A stretch of 57,731 nucleotides of DNA. Origin: a virus. Taxonomy: Duplodnaviria > Caudoviricetes. The notes beneath the pieces were generated by a model, which did not search any database, had not been told where the DNA came from, and saw only the letters and a list, made by a program, of their open reading frames with translations. Of this stretch, positions 9,305-19,097 are shown in pieces; the stretch's first letter is position 1; every line of letters starts with the position of its first letter. The stretch lies in the IMG/VR virus record IMGVR_UViG_3300022407_003597, positions 1-57,731 of that record. One strand, given 5' to 3'. The position numbers and the translations under genes are program-made.

Positions 9305-10880
9305 GCGGATACGGGCGAAGTTTGACCGGGTAGTGCGCGGCCCGGAGGACATGCACGACTATCAGTTGGAAGCTGAGGATTCGATTTATAACGTTCCGTT
9401 CTCTCATCTGTTCATCGACCTTGGGCTAGGCAAGACGATCATTTCGTTGAGCTTAATCGTTCGTTTGCTTCAAGCGTTCTTGACTGAGAAAGTTCTTGTC
9501 GTTGGCCCTTTGAAAGTCATGACAGGGACGTGGCCTGATGAGATCGGTCTTTGGAGTCATACTGCTCCATACAACTTCACTTTGATTCGTGAAGATGACG
9601 ACGACCCGCGCATACGTGCAGCCCGTGCGCAGGATCGAAGAGAGCTAGAGGAAAGAAATTGGATACGATCCAACGCTCTTTTCATCGGCGGTGATCTTGT
9701 TCTACCTCCAACCAATGAGACACGCACAAGGCACTTGATTCGTGAGCAACTAGCCAAGTCAAGGCAGAGCATTCACTTCATAAATAAGGAGCAACTGGTC
9801 TGGTTGGTGAACTTGTTCGGTGCAAAGTGGCCGTACAGAACCGTGTTCATTGACGAGTTGTCGATGTTCAAGGACCACGCAAGCGATGGCTTTCGTGCGT
9901 TAGCCAAGGTGCGACGCACACCTGGCCTTATAACACGTCTTCACGGATTGACAGCAACTCCCGCTGCTGAGACTTACTTGCACTTGTGGTCACAGCTCTA
10001 TCTTGTTGACCTTGGGCAGCGGTTAGGTAAGAACGTCACGACTTACCGAAACAGATATTTCACCTACAACAAGTATCAACGCAAATGGTACTTGCGGCCA
10101 GGGGCCAAGGACGAAATCCTCGACAAGATCAAGGACGTGTGCTTTGTCTATAGAGCTAAGGACCATTTGAAGCTGGAGGAACCGCTCATCGTCAAGGTTC
10201 CGGTGTCATTGTCCAAGGCTACGGTGGCCAAGTATGAAGAACTGTCAGAAGAGAGCATTGTTCGTTTGAATGACGGTTCTGTGATTGAAAGCAAGAACGC
10301 GGCTGCACTGAGTGGATCGTTGCTTCAGTTGGCAAGTGGATCGTTGTATGAGACGCAGGATGTAAAGGACTGGGAAACCGATGACATAAAGAAGGTCCGT
10401 AAGGTTCACCACATACACGACGACAAGATAGAGGCGTTGCGTGAGATCGTCGAATCGATGGACGGCGAGCCACTGCTAGTCTCGTACAACTTCAAGTCGT
10501 CACTTGATCGTCTGAAGAAGGCTTTTCCTAGCGCCAAGGTCATGGACAGGGAAGGCAAGTTGCGAACTGCCTGGAACGCTCGTCAGATTCCACTTCTGTT
10601 CATTCATCCGAAGTCTGGCGGGCATGGCATGAATCTGCAGGCGGGAGGGCACAATCTTGTTTTCTTCGATTTGGTGTGGTCGCTTGAGCTTTATCTGCAA
10701 TTGATAGGCCGTCTCGCACGTCAGGGGCAGGCCAATCCGGTTGTGGTTCGTTTGTTGTTGGCGATAGGCACCATAGATTGGGAAGTCGCAAAGGCGCTTG
10801 GTCTAAAGGAGGAAGGCCAAGAGGAACTACTTCGAATCCTTCAAAGGCTAGTCAAGCAGTACCGATTGAAGCGGGGGTAA
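9282..10880 (+). CDS. SNF2-like superfamily 2 helicase
   Basis: DLGLGKT, IDELS, LTATP, GHGMNLQ, QLIGRLARQGQ motifs; start uncertain (9261 or 9282). Confidence 0.9.
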   Translation: MQKISFDERIRAKFDRVVRGPEDMHDYQLEAEDSIYNVPFSHLFIDLGLGKTIISLSLIVRLLQAFLTEKVLVVGPLKVMTGTWPDEIGLWSHTAPYNFTLIREDDDDPRIRAARAQDRRELEERNWIRSNALFIGGDLVLPPTNETRTRHLIREQLAKSRQSIHFINKEQLVWLVNLFGAKWPYRTVFIDELSMFKDHASDGFRALAKVRRTPGLITRLHGLTATPAAETYLHLWSQLYLVDLGQRLGKNVTTYRNRYFTYNKYQRKWYLRPGAKDEILDKIKDVCFVYRAKDHLKLEEPLIVKVPVSLSKATVAKYEELSEESIVRLNDGSVIESKNAAALSGSLLQLASGSLYETQDVKDWETDDIKKVRKVHHIHDDKIEALREIVESMDGEPLLVSYNFKSSLDRLKKAFPSAKVMDREGKLRTAWNARQIPLLFIHPKSGGHGMNLQAGGHNLVFFDLVWSLELYLQLIGRLARQGQANPVVVRLLLAIGTIDWEVAKALGLKEEGQEELLRILQRLVKQYRLKRG

Positions 10881-10940
10881 ACTGCCATTCGCCCGTCGTG
10901 TTCAGGGGTGACATGACGGTGCTATTTGCTGGTAACAGCG

Positions 10941-10998
10941 AGGCCCGTACACAGAGGCGTATCTCCCGCCTGTTGGCTGTTGTACGGGCCTTCTTTTT
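10941..10998 (+). terminator. Long hairpin terminator after the helicase gene
   Basis: AGGCCCGTACA..TGTACGGGCCT stem with inner AGGCG/CGCCT stem, followed by TCTTTTT. Confidence 0.7.
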
Positions 10999-11003
10999 CA
11001 GCT

Positions 11004-11032
11004 CTGCGTGTTTTGTGCATTGCACATAAAAT
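11004..11032 (+). promoter_or_regulatory. Putative late promoter with TGTGCATTGCACA palindrome
   Basis: Palindrome 11014-11026 directly followed by -10-like TAAAAT; similar arrangement at 15777-15804. Confidence 0.55.
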
Positions 11033-11039
11033 ACCTGCT

Positions 11040-11264
11040 ATGAAAAGCAGAGCAGACCCTCATGACTTGCTCCTTCTACTGGAGGGTCGCTGCGCTATGT
11101 CGGCCGCAGAGGCTTCGTGTCTGCTCGGCATGTCCTATTTCACGTACATGCAGTATCGTAACGGCACGCGCCCGTTGCAGCTTTACCATCAACGTCACAT
11201 TGAGGCCGTACTGCTCTTGAGCCGTTCGGCCTTATCGTCTTTGAAGCAGGAGATTCTTAAATGA
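11040..11264 (+). CDS. Small XRE-like HTH protein
   Basis: MSAAEASCLLGMSYFTYMQYRNG.R HTH pattern; ATGA overlap with terS. Confidence 0.7.
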   Translation: MKSRADPHDLLLLLEGRCAMSAAEASCLLGMSYFTYMQYRNGTRPLQLYHQRHIEAVLLLSRSALSSLKQEILK

Positions 11265-11836
11265 GCGAAGACCGTAAGCGTCCTGGTCCTAAGCCCCTCG
11301 ATCAAGAGAGCCAGGCCATGCTCTATGAAGGGTTGAACGTATCGCAGTATGCCGTTCTTTTCAAGATGGACGTGAACACTGTGAAGAAGAAGTTGCATGA
11401 GGTTAATCCGAGTGGCAAACGAAACGGCGTAGACATTTGGGACTTGGCTGAGGCTGCACCGTATCTTGTGAAGCCGGCCTATGACATTGAGAAGTACATC
11501 AAGCAGATGAACCATGCCGATTTGCCTAAGCAACTGACCAAGGAGTTCTGGGCTGGATTGAAGAGTCGCCAAGAGTATCTGACAAACGAAGGTGATCTGT
11601 GGCCTACGGAAAAAGTGATTGCCGATGTTGGTGAATTGGTCAAGTTGATCAAGGTCAGCGTTAGATTGATGCGGGATCGTGTAGAGAAAACGACTGAGTT
11701 GTCTGATCGTCAGCGCAAGCTAATTGACGACTTAGGCGACGACATGCTTTCAGAACTGTTGAGAATGACGGAAGAGAAGTTCAAGCCGAAACCAAAAGCA
11801 GAACCTGAAGAGAAGGACGATGACGATGAACTATGA
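11261..11836 (+). CDS. terS: Terminase small subunit (DUF1441-like)
   Basis: Directly upstream of TerL; N-terminal wHTH, LP..LTKEFW.G, GDLW.TE.V patterns typical of Chi-like TerS; ends DDDDEL. Confidence 0.8.
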   Translation: MSEDRKRPGPKPLDQESQAMLYEGLNVSQYAVLFKMDVNTVKKKLHEVNPSGKRNGVDIWDLAEAAPYLVKPAYDIEKYIKQMNHADLPKQLTKEFWAGLKSRQEYLTNEGDLWPTEKVIADVGELVKLIKVSVRLMRDRVEKTTELSDRQRKLIDDLGDDMLSELLRMTEEKFKPKPKAEPEEKDDDDEL

Positions 11837-13913
11837 GATACCGATTGCTGAAGATCGAAGCATCGGACATTTGATCGTCGGTCTTGCACAGATATGGCAA
11901 CCGCCAGAGAGGTTGACCGTAAGCGAAGCTGCTGAAGAGTACGTCTACATCAATCAGCCTGGTGCCTACGTTGGCAAGTATTCAGGCGAGATGACTCCTT
12001 ACATGCGAGAGCCATCGGACCTGTTTAACTCTCATGAGTTCGAAGGCATCATCTTTGTGAGTAGTGCGCAATCCGGGAAGACTCAGGCGTTGATCCTGAA
12101 TCCGATCGCTTACTCGGTCAAATGCGATCCGATGGACATGATGGTCGTCTGTCCGACTAACACGGCTGCGCGTGACTTTTCGATTCGTCGTATAGATCGT
12201 TTGAATCGATACAGTGACGTGATGCGTGATCTGTTGATGCCAGGCTCGAACAACGACAACGTGTTTGATAAACACTACAAGAACGGCATGTTGCTTTCAT
12301 TGTCTTGGCCTTCACCAAGCGAACTGGCAGGCAAGCCTATCGGTCGAGTTGTGCTGACTGACCGTGACCGCATGGAAGATGATGTTGGTGGTGACGGTGA
12401 GCCTTACGATCTGGCAGCGAAACGGACAACGACGTTCGGTTCGTATGCGATGACGATTGCTGAGTCGTCGCCATCTCGGCCTGTTGAGAATCCGAAGTGG
12501 ATAGCTAAGACGCCGCACGAAGCTCCGCCCGCTGCTGGAATTTTGTCGTTGTACAACAGAGGTGATCGTCGGCGGTGGCAATGGCCTTGCCCACATTGCG
12601 ACAGATATTTCGAAGGAACGTTCGAAATGTTGGAATGGGACAGTGATCATCCTGGCACCAACCTCGACAAGGGAATGACGGCACGCATGCGCTGTCCACT
12701 TTGTGGAGAATTGATCCATCCTGATTCACGCGACATGATGAATGCATGGGGTCTTTGGGTGAAGGACGGTCAATCGGTTGACAGGCTTGGGCTAGTAATC
12801 GGTCCTGCGTCAAGGAGCCGCATCGCTTCGTTTTGGTTGCGAGGTGTAGCCGCTACTTTCATTACTTGGTCGAAGCTGGTCAACTTGTATCTCGATGCCA
12901 ATGACACCTACGAGAGAACAGGTTCGGAAGAGGCGTTGAAGAAGTTCTACAACAACGATCTCGGTGAACCGTATATATCGAAGAAGTCACTTGATGATCG
13001 CCGTCTTCCTGAGACACTGAAAGCTCGTGAGGATTCAAGCCTAGGCGAACGAAGTGTTCCGTCAGGCGTCAGGTTTTTGGTAGCAACGGTCGACGTTCAA
13101 AAGAATATGTTCGTCGTCCAAGTATTTGGTGTTCTTCCTGGCATGCCGTTTGACGCTGTTCTGATTGACCGTTACGACATTCGTAAATCAAAGCGTACGG
13201 ATGGCGATGGTGAGCACCTGTGGGTCAAGCCGAACGTCTATGACGAAGACTGGGATGAGATTCTTGAGCACGTCATTGAACGAGAGTACGTGCTTGGCGA
13301 TGGCAGCGGGCGAATGATGGGCATCAGATTTGTCGGCTGCGATTCTGGTGGTAGAGAGGGTGTTACGACGCGCGCCTACAACTTCTATCGTCGATTGCGC
13401 GAAAAAAACAAGCACCGTCGTTTCGTACTGACCAAAGGTGATCCGTCCCCGAACAATCCGCGAACTCGCATAACCTATCCCGACAGCAGCCGCAAGGATC
13501 GCAACAGCGGCGCGCGCGGTGATGTTCCAGTTCTGCTCATCAACTCCAACATCGTGAAGGATGAACTGAGCGGCCGGCTTGATTGCCTGATTCCTGGCAA
13601 AGGCATGATCCGCTTCCCATCGTGGCTCTCGGACAAGTTCTATGAAGAGTTGTGTGCAGAGATTCGCACGGCTAAGGGTTGGGAGAACCCGAGCAATAGT
13701 CGAAACGAAGCATGGGATTTGGGGTATTACTTCATTGCCATTTGCGTCTCAGAATTCATTCGGGTTGAGCATCTGGATTGGGCGAATCCTCCTGGCTGGG
13801 CGGCTGAGTTCGACAAGAATGAACTTGTGCGTGCAGCCCAAGAAAGCGCCAGATTCAGAAGCTCCGTAGAATCCGAACTCGATTTTTCTTCGTTTGGCAA
13901 GGCACTCGGCTGA
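11820..13913 (+). CDS. terL: Terminase large subunit (lambda gpA family)
   Basis: TPYMREP, SAQSGKT Walker A, CPHC/CPLC Zn motifs, TVDVQ, DSGG, RNEAWDL. Confidence 0.93.
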   Translation: MTMNYEIPIAEDRSIGHLIVGLAQIWQPPERLTVSEAAEEYVYINQPGAYVGKYSGEMTPYMREPSDLFNSHEFEGIIFVSSAQSGKTQALILNPIAYSVKCDPMDMMVVCPTNTAARDFSIRRIDRLNRYSDVMRDLLMPGSNNDNVFDKHYKNGMLLSLSWPSPSELAGKPIGRVVLTDRDRMEDDVGGDGEPYDLAAKRTTTFGSYAMTIAESSPSRPVENPKWIAKTPHEAPPAAGILSLYNRGDRRRWQWPCPHCDRYFEGTFEMLEWDSDHPGTNLDKGMTARMRCPLCGELIHPDSRDMMNAWGLWVKDGQSVDRLGLVIGPASRSRIASFWLRGVAATFITWSKLVNLYLDANDTYERTGSEEALKKFYNNDLGEPYISKKSLDDRRLPETLKAREDSSLGERSVPSGVRFLVATVDVQKNMFVVQVFGVLPGMPFDAVLIDRYDIRKSKRTDGDGEHLWVKPNVYDEDWDEILEHVIEREYVLGDGSGRMMGIRFVGCDSGGREGVTTRAYNFYRRLREKNKHRRFVLTKGDPSPNNPRTRITYPDSSRKDRNSGARGDVPVLLINSNIVKDELSGRLDCLIPGKGMIRFPSWLSDKFYEELCAEIRTAKGWENPSNSRNEAWDLGYYFIAICVSEFIRVEHLDWANPPGWAAEFDKNELVRAAQESARFRSSVESELDFSSFGKALG

Positions 13914-13923
13914 GTGAATCAAT

Positions 13924-14160
13924 ATGGCAACATGCGACTCGATCACCCTGGCCCGTCTGGCTGAAGCACAGACTGCCTATCACGAACTGCTTACGGGTCA
14001 AATGGCCCGTGTGGTCGTGGATTTGGACGGCAAACGTGTGGAATTCACAGCCGCCAACAAGGGTGCGCTTTATTCCTACATCCTTCAATTGCAGGCTTTG
14101 TGCCCGAGCGCGCCTGGAGTGACTGTCGCCAATTACGGTCCCGCTCGCTTCATTTTCTGA
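13924..14160 (+). CDS. Head-to-tail joining protein (gpW-like)
   Basis: LAEAQTAYHELLTG..RVEFTAAN..L..YI..L; lies between terL and portal. Confidence 0.88.
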   Translation: MATCDSITLARLAEAQTAYHELLTGQMARVVVDLDGKRVEFTAANKGALYSYILQLQALCPSAPGVTVANYGPARFIF

Positions 14161-14171
14161 GGTTGCACAAC

Positions 14172-15773
14172 ATGACCATCAAGACGGCTGATCTGTTTCG
14201 AGTGACCACCAAGGCCATTGGTGGCGGCATCGAAGGTGCTGAACGGAGCAACCGAGAAACTGCATCGTGGTCCCCTGCGGTTATCTCGCCTGATCGCAAG
14301 ATCAATCCTGTGAAGGAAATGGCCGACGCGCGTTCTGCCGACATGGTGCAGAACGATGGCTACGCGATGGGCGCGATGCACACTCACAAGGACTCGATTG
14401 TCGGTGCGCAATATCGCCTGAACGCACAGCCGAATTGGGCCATCCTCGGTGCTGACGAGACGTGGGCACAAGAGTTTCAGGAGACTGTCGAAGGGCGTTT
14501 CAATCTGATGGCGGACAGCCATTCTTGCTGGTTCGATGCCCAGCGCAAGAACACCTTCACTGGATTGATTCGCCTTGGCGTCGGCCAGCATATGTTGACG
14601 GGGGAAGTGCTTGCCACGGCGGAATGGATTCGTCAGGTTGACCGACCTTTCAAGACGGCAGTCCAGATGATCGCACCGACGCGCCTGAGCAATCCTGACA
14701 TGCGTATGGACGATCGCACGTTGCGTCGTGGCATTGAGATTGACCAGTACGGTGCAGCTCAGGGCTACCACTTTCGGATGAGCTATCCGAACGATTTTTT
14801 CGATTTCACACAAGAGCAGCGTTGGAGATACGTGCCCGCGAAGAAGCCGTGGGGCCGCGCCCAAGTGATACACATCATTGAGCAGATGCAGCCGGAACAG
14901 ACGCGCGGTGTCAGTGACATGGTGTCTGTGCTCAAGCAGATGAAGATGACCAAGCAGTTCAACGAGATTGTGTTGCAGAACGCAGTCGTGAACGCAAGCT
15001 ATGCCGCTGCCATCGAATCTGAGCTGCCGAAGGAAATGGTGTTTGGCGCGCTTGGTGCCGGACAGGCCGGTTTGTCTGGTGTGCTTCAAGAGTACCTGAA
15101 GGCTCTCGGCAGTTACACCAGTACCTCGGACAACATCGCCATCGACGGCGTTCGGATTCCTCACCTTTTTCCCGGCACCAAGTTGAACTTGAAGCCGATG
15201 GGCACCCCTGGTGGTGTCGGAACGGATTACGAGAACAGCCTCCTTCGTCACATCGCCGCCGCCCTCGGTCTATCGTTCGAAGAGTTCAGCAAGGATTACA
15301 CCAAGACCAACTACAGCAGCGCGCGCGCTTCGCGTTCTGATACCGGCCGATATATGCAGGCACGCAAGAAGGTGATTGCTGACCGCTGGGCGTCTGCTAT
15401 CTTTGCTTTGTGGTTTGAAGAGGAATGGAACGCCGGGAATATTCCTGTTCCTCGTGGCAAGAGCCGTTCCATTTTCTATGACCCGGTTTTCCGAGAAGCC
15501 CTGCTGCAGTGCGAATGGATCGGGTCGTCGATGGGACAGATCGATGAGCTGAAAGAAACTCAGGCCGCGATCATGAAGATCAAGTCCGGCCTGTCCACCT
15601 TCGAAAAAGAGTGCGCCCGTCTTGGCGAAGACTTCCGTCGAGTCTTCACGCAGCGTGCGCGTGAAGAAGCAATGCTGAAGAAGCTGGGCTTGTCGGTTGA
15701 CCTTAAGGGCACCAAGCCTGGTGCCAACGATGCGCAACAAACGATGCGGGCCGAGGAAACCGAAGAAGAGTAA
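14172..15773 (+). CDS. Portal protein (lambda family)
   Basis: AR..D.VQND, EQTRGVS, IAAALG..FE.FS.DY..TNYSSARA, IDELKE. Confidence 0.93.
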   Translation: MTIKTADLFRVTTKAIGGGIEGAERSNRETASWSPAVISPDRKINPVKEMADARSADMVQNDGYAMGAMHTHKDSIVGAQYRLNAQPNWAILGADETWAQEFQETVEGRFNLMADSHSCWFDAQRKNTFTGLIRLGVGQHMLTGEVLATAEWIRQVDRPFKTAVQMIAPTRLSNPDMRMDDRTLRRGIEIDQYGAAQGYHFRMSYPNDFFDFTQEQRWRYVPAKKPWGRAQVIHIIEQMQPEQTRGVSDMVSVLKQMKMTKQFNEIVLQNAVVNASYAAAIESELPKEMVFGALGAGQAGLSGVLQEYLKALGSYTSTSDNIAIDGVRIPHLFPGTKLNLKPMGTPGGVGTDYENSLLRHIAAALGLSFEEFSKDYTKTNYSSARASRSDTGRYMQARKKVIADRWASAIFALWFEEEWNAGNIPVPRGKSRSIFYDPVFREALLQCEWIGSSMGQIDELKETQAAIMKIKSGLSTFEKECARLGEDFRRVFTQRAREEAMLKKLGLSVDLKGTKPGANDAQQTMRAEETEEE

Positions 15774-15827
15774 GCCCTGCAAAAAGATTGCATTGCAAAT
15801 AAACTTCGATTTGAAGGAACAAACCAA

Positions 15828-17141
15828 ATGCCGAAAGAACACAATCCGGTGATTCACGAAGCCGTTACCCGCATGCACATGAAAGCGGTTGCGTTGTCGC
15901 CGCTTTGCATCAGCGTGGCGGCGGACCTGTCTCGAACAGCCAGTGTGAGCCAGCAGCAAATGATCGAAGCGATGAATGCGCGTCGATCTGAAATCTGTGC
16001 CGCATACGGTTTCAACGCACCTGAGCAGCGTAAGAGCTTTCCCTTTGCCAATGGGCTCGCCTTCATCTCGATCACCGGCATTCTGATCAATCGCTACAGC
16101 TACAGCGGCTACGGTGTGACCGGCTACAACTTCATTCGTTCGCAGTTGAACGATGCGATCAACGATGACGAGGTTCAGGGCATCGTCTTTGATGTGAACA
16201 GCCCGGGCGGTGAAGTTGCAGGTCTGACTGAACTGGCCGATGAGATTCGCGCCAGTCGTTCGAAGAAGCCGAGCTTGGCTGTGGTGGACACCAACTGCTA
16301 CAGCGCGGCCTACGGGCTCGGGTCTGCAGCCTCTCGCATCGTTTGCGTGCCGAGTGGTGGTGTCGGCTCTGTCGGCGTCGTGATGATGCACATCGACATT
16401 TCCGAGATGCTGGCCGATTATGGCTACAAGATCACGTTCATCTATGAGTCCGATCACAAGGTCGACGGCAACGCATACGAGAAGTTGAGCGCCGATGTGA
16501 AGAAGGACTTTCAGGCCGACATTCACTACTACTACGAGAAATTCTGCTCGCTCATTTCGATGAACATGGGCATCACCGAACAGGCAGTGCGCGATACGAA
16601 GTCGCGTTGCTACCGGGCCGACGAAGCGGTTTCGCTTGGCCTGATTCATGCGATGGATACGCCGAGTGTGGCGGTTCGCGCATTTTTGGACGAGCTTTCC
16701 GGCTCGAATCATCAACCCGAAGAAGGAACAGAAATGTCCACTGCACCTGAAACGAAGCCGGGGGCCAATGTCGAAGCGACCACCCCGCAGGCTGACGCCG
16801 CGAAAGCGGCCACCGAAGCTCGCAATGCCGAGCGTTCCCGCATTGCCGCCATCACTGGCTGCGATGAAGCCAAAGACCGGGCCAAGCTGGCAAGCCATTT
16901 GGCGATGAACACCGAGATGAGCGTTGACGACGCCAAGAAGGTTCTCGCCGCCTCGGCCACCGAGCAAGCCGCCGTGCCTGCCGCTGCTGCCAATGGCTTC
17001 GATGCAGCCATGAACGCCAGTCAGCATCCCAACGTCGGCGGCGACTCCGGCAATGGCGACAAGCCCGACGAGAAGCAGGCTCAAATCTCGGCCATCCTGG
17101 CCGCGCAGTCTGCTGCCACCGGCATCAAGCACACGGCCTGA
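15828..17141 (+). CDS. Prohead protease (S49) with C-terminal scaffold domain
   Basis: DVNSPGGEV, YSAAY.LGS, GSVGVV motifs; Ala-rich C-terminal domain. Confidence 0.9.
   Translation: MPKEHNPVIHEAVTRMHMKAVALSPLCISVAADLSRTASVSQQQMIEAMNARRSEICAAYGFNAPEQRKSFPFANGLAFISITGILINRYSYSGYGVTGYNFIRSQLNDAINDDEVQGIVFDVNSPGGEVAGLTELADEIRASRSKKPSLAVVDTNCYSAAYGLGSAASRIVCVPSGGVGSVGVVMMHIDISEMLADYGYKITFIYESDHKVDGNAYEKLSADVKKDFQADIHYYYEKFCSLISMNMGITEQAVRDTKSRCYRADEAVSLGLIHAMDTPSVAVRAFLDELSGSNHQPEEGTEMSTAPETKPGANVEATTPQADAAKAATEARNAERSRIAAITGCDEAKDRAKLASHLAMNTEMSVDDAKKVLAASATEQAAVPAAAANGFDAAMNASQHPNVGGDSGNGDKPDEKQAQISAILAAQSAATGIKHTA
16734..17141 (+). CDS. Putative nested scaffolding protein (Nu3-like, in-frame internal start)
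   Basis: AAGGAA RBS before in-frame ATG (MSTAPETK); analogous to lambda C/Nu3. Confidence 0.6.
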   Translation: MSTAPETKPGANVEATTPQADAAKAATEARNAERSRIAAITGCDEAKDRAKLASHLAMNTEMSVDDAKKVLAASATEQAAVPAAAANGFDAAMNASQHPNVGGDSGNGDKPDEKQAQISAILAAQSAATGIKHTA

Positions 17142-17178
17142 GTAATCAGGTTTTTAACTCAACTTCAAGGAGTTCATC

Positions 17179-17580
17179 ATGAGTGATTTGGCAAAAGGTG
17201 AGGTGCTCGGCACCTACACGCCCGAGCTGTTGTTTGCTGGCGATGCGCCTGTCATCACGGGCGCGGCGAAAGCCGATTCTGGCTCTGCTGCGATCAGCAA
17301 GGGGCAGGTTCTGTACGTGCAGGACGACGGCGAGGTGACGACGGTGATCCCCGTGAACACGGGCGTGACGACGTTGACCAATGCGCTGCGGCTGGTCATC
17401 GCAGCTCAGCCTGGCGTGGCGAGCGGCGACATTCCGTTCTACAGGGGCGGCTGCTTCAACTACGCCGCGATCGCCTTTGGCGTTCTGGACGATGCCAGCA
17501 ACCCGTGCACGACGGTGGCTGCGGCCAACGCCTTCTTCGGCGGCACGCCCATCAGCTTCGGCGCACTGCCCCCGCAGTAA
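17179..17580 (+). CDS. Head decoration protein (gpD-like)
   Basis: LFAGDAPV.T and Y.GG.FN..A motifs; lies between protease and capsid genes. Confidence 0.85.
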   Translation: MSDLAKGEVLGTYTPELLFAGDAPVITGAAKADSGSAAISKGQVLYVQDDGEVTTVIPVNTGVTTLTNALRLVIAAQPGVASGDIPFYRGGCFNYAAIAFGVLDDASNPCTTVAAANAFFGGTPISFGALPPQ

Positions 17581-17621
17581 GCGTCTCAGCGTCTCAATCA
17601 AACTCAGGAAAGGAGCCAATC

Positions 17622-18680
17622 ATGGCTGGCATCTACGAAACTTCGACGCTCTTGAGCGTCATGTCACACCAACGGGTGATCGTCCCGTTCTACCTGCGGT
17701 TCTTCACATCGCAGATCAACTTCGAAACCGAAAGCATCGACTTTGACCGCGTGAACAGCGATTACCGGCGTCTGGCCCCGTTCGTGGCCCCCAACGTCCA
17801 AGGCAAGGTCCTGGGCGCTTCGGGCTTCAACACGGTCAGCTTCCGGCCGGCCTACGTCAAGCCCAAGCACAACATCGATCCGTCCATGTCCATTCCGCGC
17901 CAACCCGGTGAGGCCCTTGCGACCGGCTCCCTGACGCTGGGCCAGCGCCGCGATGCCGTGATCGCCGAGCGGCTGCGTCAGCACCGCACGATGCTGACGA
18001 ACCGGAACGAATGGCTGGCCGCTCGTGCCATCATCGACGCGCAAGTGACCATCCAGGGCGAGAACTACCCGGCCACGACCGTGAACTTCCTGCGTGATGC
18101 GTCCCTCAGCTACACGCTGTCGAGTACTGCCAAGTGGGACACGGCCTCCGGCAGTTTCACGGGCGACTGCCTGAACGATATCAAGGTGGCCCGTTCCAAC
18201 GCCAGCGCGCGCAGTGGCGGCGTGACGCGCACGGTCATCTTCGGTGGCGATGCGTGGGGCTACTTCGCCGACAAGGTGGACCTGAAGGAGCTGATGAACA
18301 CCAACTACGCCGACAGCCTGAGCCGCGTGAAGACCATGACGGATGGCGTCGAGGGTGTCGAGTACGTTGGCACGATCCAGGGCTGGAACGGTGGTGGCCG
18401 CATGGAGTGCTTCGTCGACACGTCGAAGTACGTCGACGACACCAACACCGAGCAGTTCTTCCTCGATCAGAAGACCGTCGTCGGAGTGGCGGACAACATC
18501 GAGGGCGTCCGCTGCTTCGGTGCCATCAAGGACGTGAAGGCCGGGCTCCAGTCGATGGAAATCTTCACGAAGATGTGGGAATCCGAGGACCCCAGCTCCG
18601 AGTTCATCATGAGCCAGTCTGCGCCGCTGATGGTTCCCAAGCGGCCCAACGCCTCTTGGAAGATCAAGACGGCGACGTAA
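17622..18680 (+). CDS. Major capsid protein (lambda gpE family)
   Basis: LAPFVAPNVQG, F.PAYVKPK, QSAPLMVP motifs; AGGAG RBS; strong codon bias. Confidence 0.93.
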   Translation: MAGIYETSTLLSVMSHQRVIVPFYLRFFTSQINFETESIDFDRVNSDYRRLAPFVAPNVQGKVLGASGFNTVSFRPAYVKPKHNIDPSMSIPRQPGEALATGSLTLGQRRDAVIAERLRQHRTMLTNRNEWLAARAIIDAQVTIQGENYPATTVNFLRDASLSYTLSSTAKWDTASGSFTGDCLNDIKVARSNASARSGGVTRTVIFGGDAWGYFADKVDLKELMNTNYADSLSRVKTMTDGVEGVEYVGTIQGWNGGGRMECFVDTSKYVDDTNTEQFFLDQKTVVGVADNIEGVRCFGAIKDVKAGLQSMEIFTKMWESEDPSSEFIMSQSAPLMVPKRPNASWKIKTAT

Positions 18681-18702
18681 CAGCCAACCGGCTGCATCCT
18701 CG

Positions 18703-18728
18703 GGGACGGCCCGAAGGCCGTCCCTTTT
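18703..18728 (+). terminator. Terminator after the capsid gene
   Basis: GGGACGGCC-cgaa-GGCCGTCCC-TTTT. Confidence 0.75.
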
Positions 18729-18752
18729 CAACTCTTTCAGGAGATTTCAATC

Positions 18753-19040
18753 ATGCCGCAACGTCAAACCCTCCAGTCGATCACGGTCGTGCGCAACAAG
18801 AAGAACGTCGTCGTTCCGCCCGGCCAGATTTTCGATTTCACCGATGAAGAAATCGACGAGCTGATGCCGCAGAACGCCATCACCGCCAAGGTGACGGTGG
18901 ACCTGTCTTCGGACCCTGCTGCCGCTCTGAAGGCCGGCGAGATCACCGATCCCAACAGTTCCGGCCCTGCCACGGAAACGGAAGCCGCCGCACCGGGCAA
19001 GAAACGCAAGGGCACGCCCTCGGACGAGCAACAGCTCTGA
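18753..19040 (+). CDS. Small head-associated protein, paralog A
   Basis: AGGAGA RBS; N-terminus similar to the next gene. Confidence 0.8.
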   Translation: MPQRQTLQSITVVRNKKNVVVPPGQIFDFTDEEIDELMPQNAITAKVTVDLSSDPAAALKAGEITDPNSSGPATETEAAAPGKKRKGTPSDEQQL

Positions 19041-19046
19041 GCACTC

Positions 19047-19071
19047 GAAGGCCCATCCTAGGGCCTTCTTT
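19047..19071 (+). terminator. Terminator-like hairpin
   Basis: GAAGGCCC-atccta-GGGCCTTC-TTT. Confidence 0.6.
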
Positions 19072-19097
19072 CAATCAACTGCAGAAAGGAACTCATC

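Noticed and set aside
11825-11836. DDEL as a eukaryotic ER-retention (KDEL-like) signal
   Set aside because: These are cytoplasmic bacteriophage proteins without signal peptides; the resemblance is probably coincidental
15270-17132. 620-aa minus-strand ORF and similar long antisense ORFs (14133..15251, 17664..18731, 37743..38840, 48416..49486)
   Set aside because: Shadows of GC3-biased genes on the opposite strand, with no recognisable motifs
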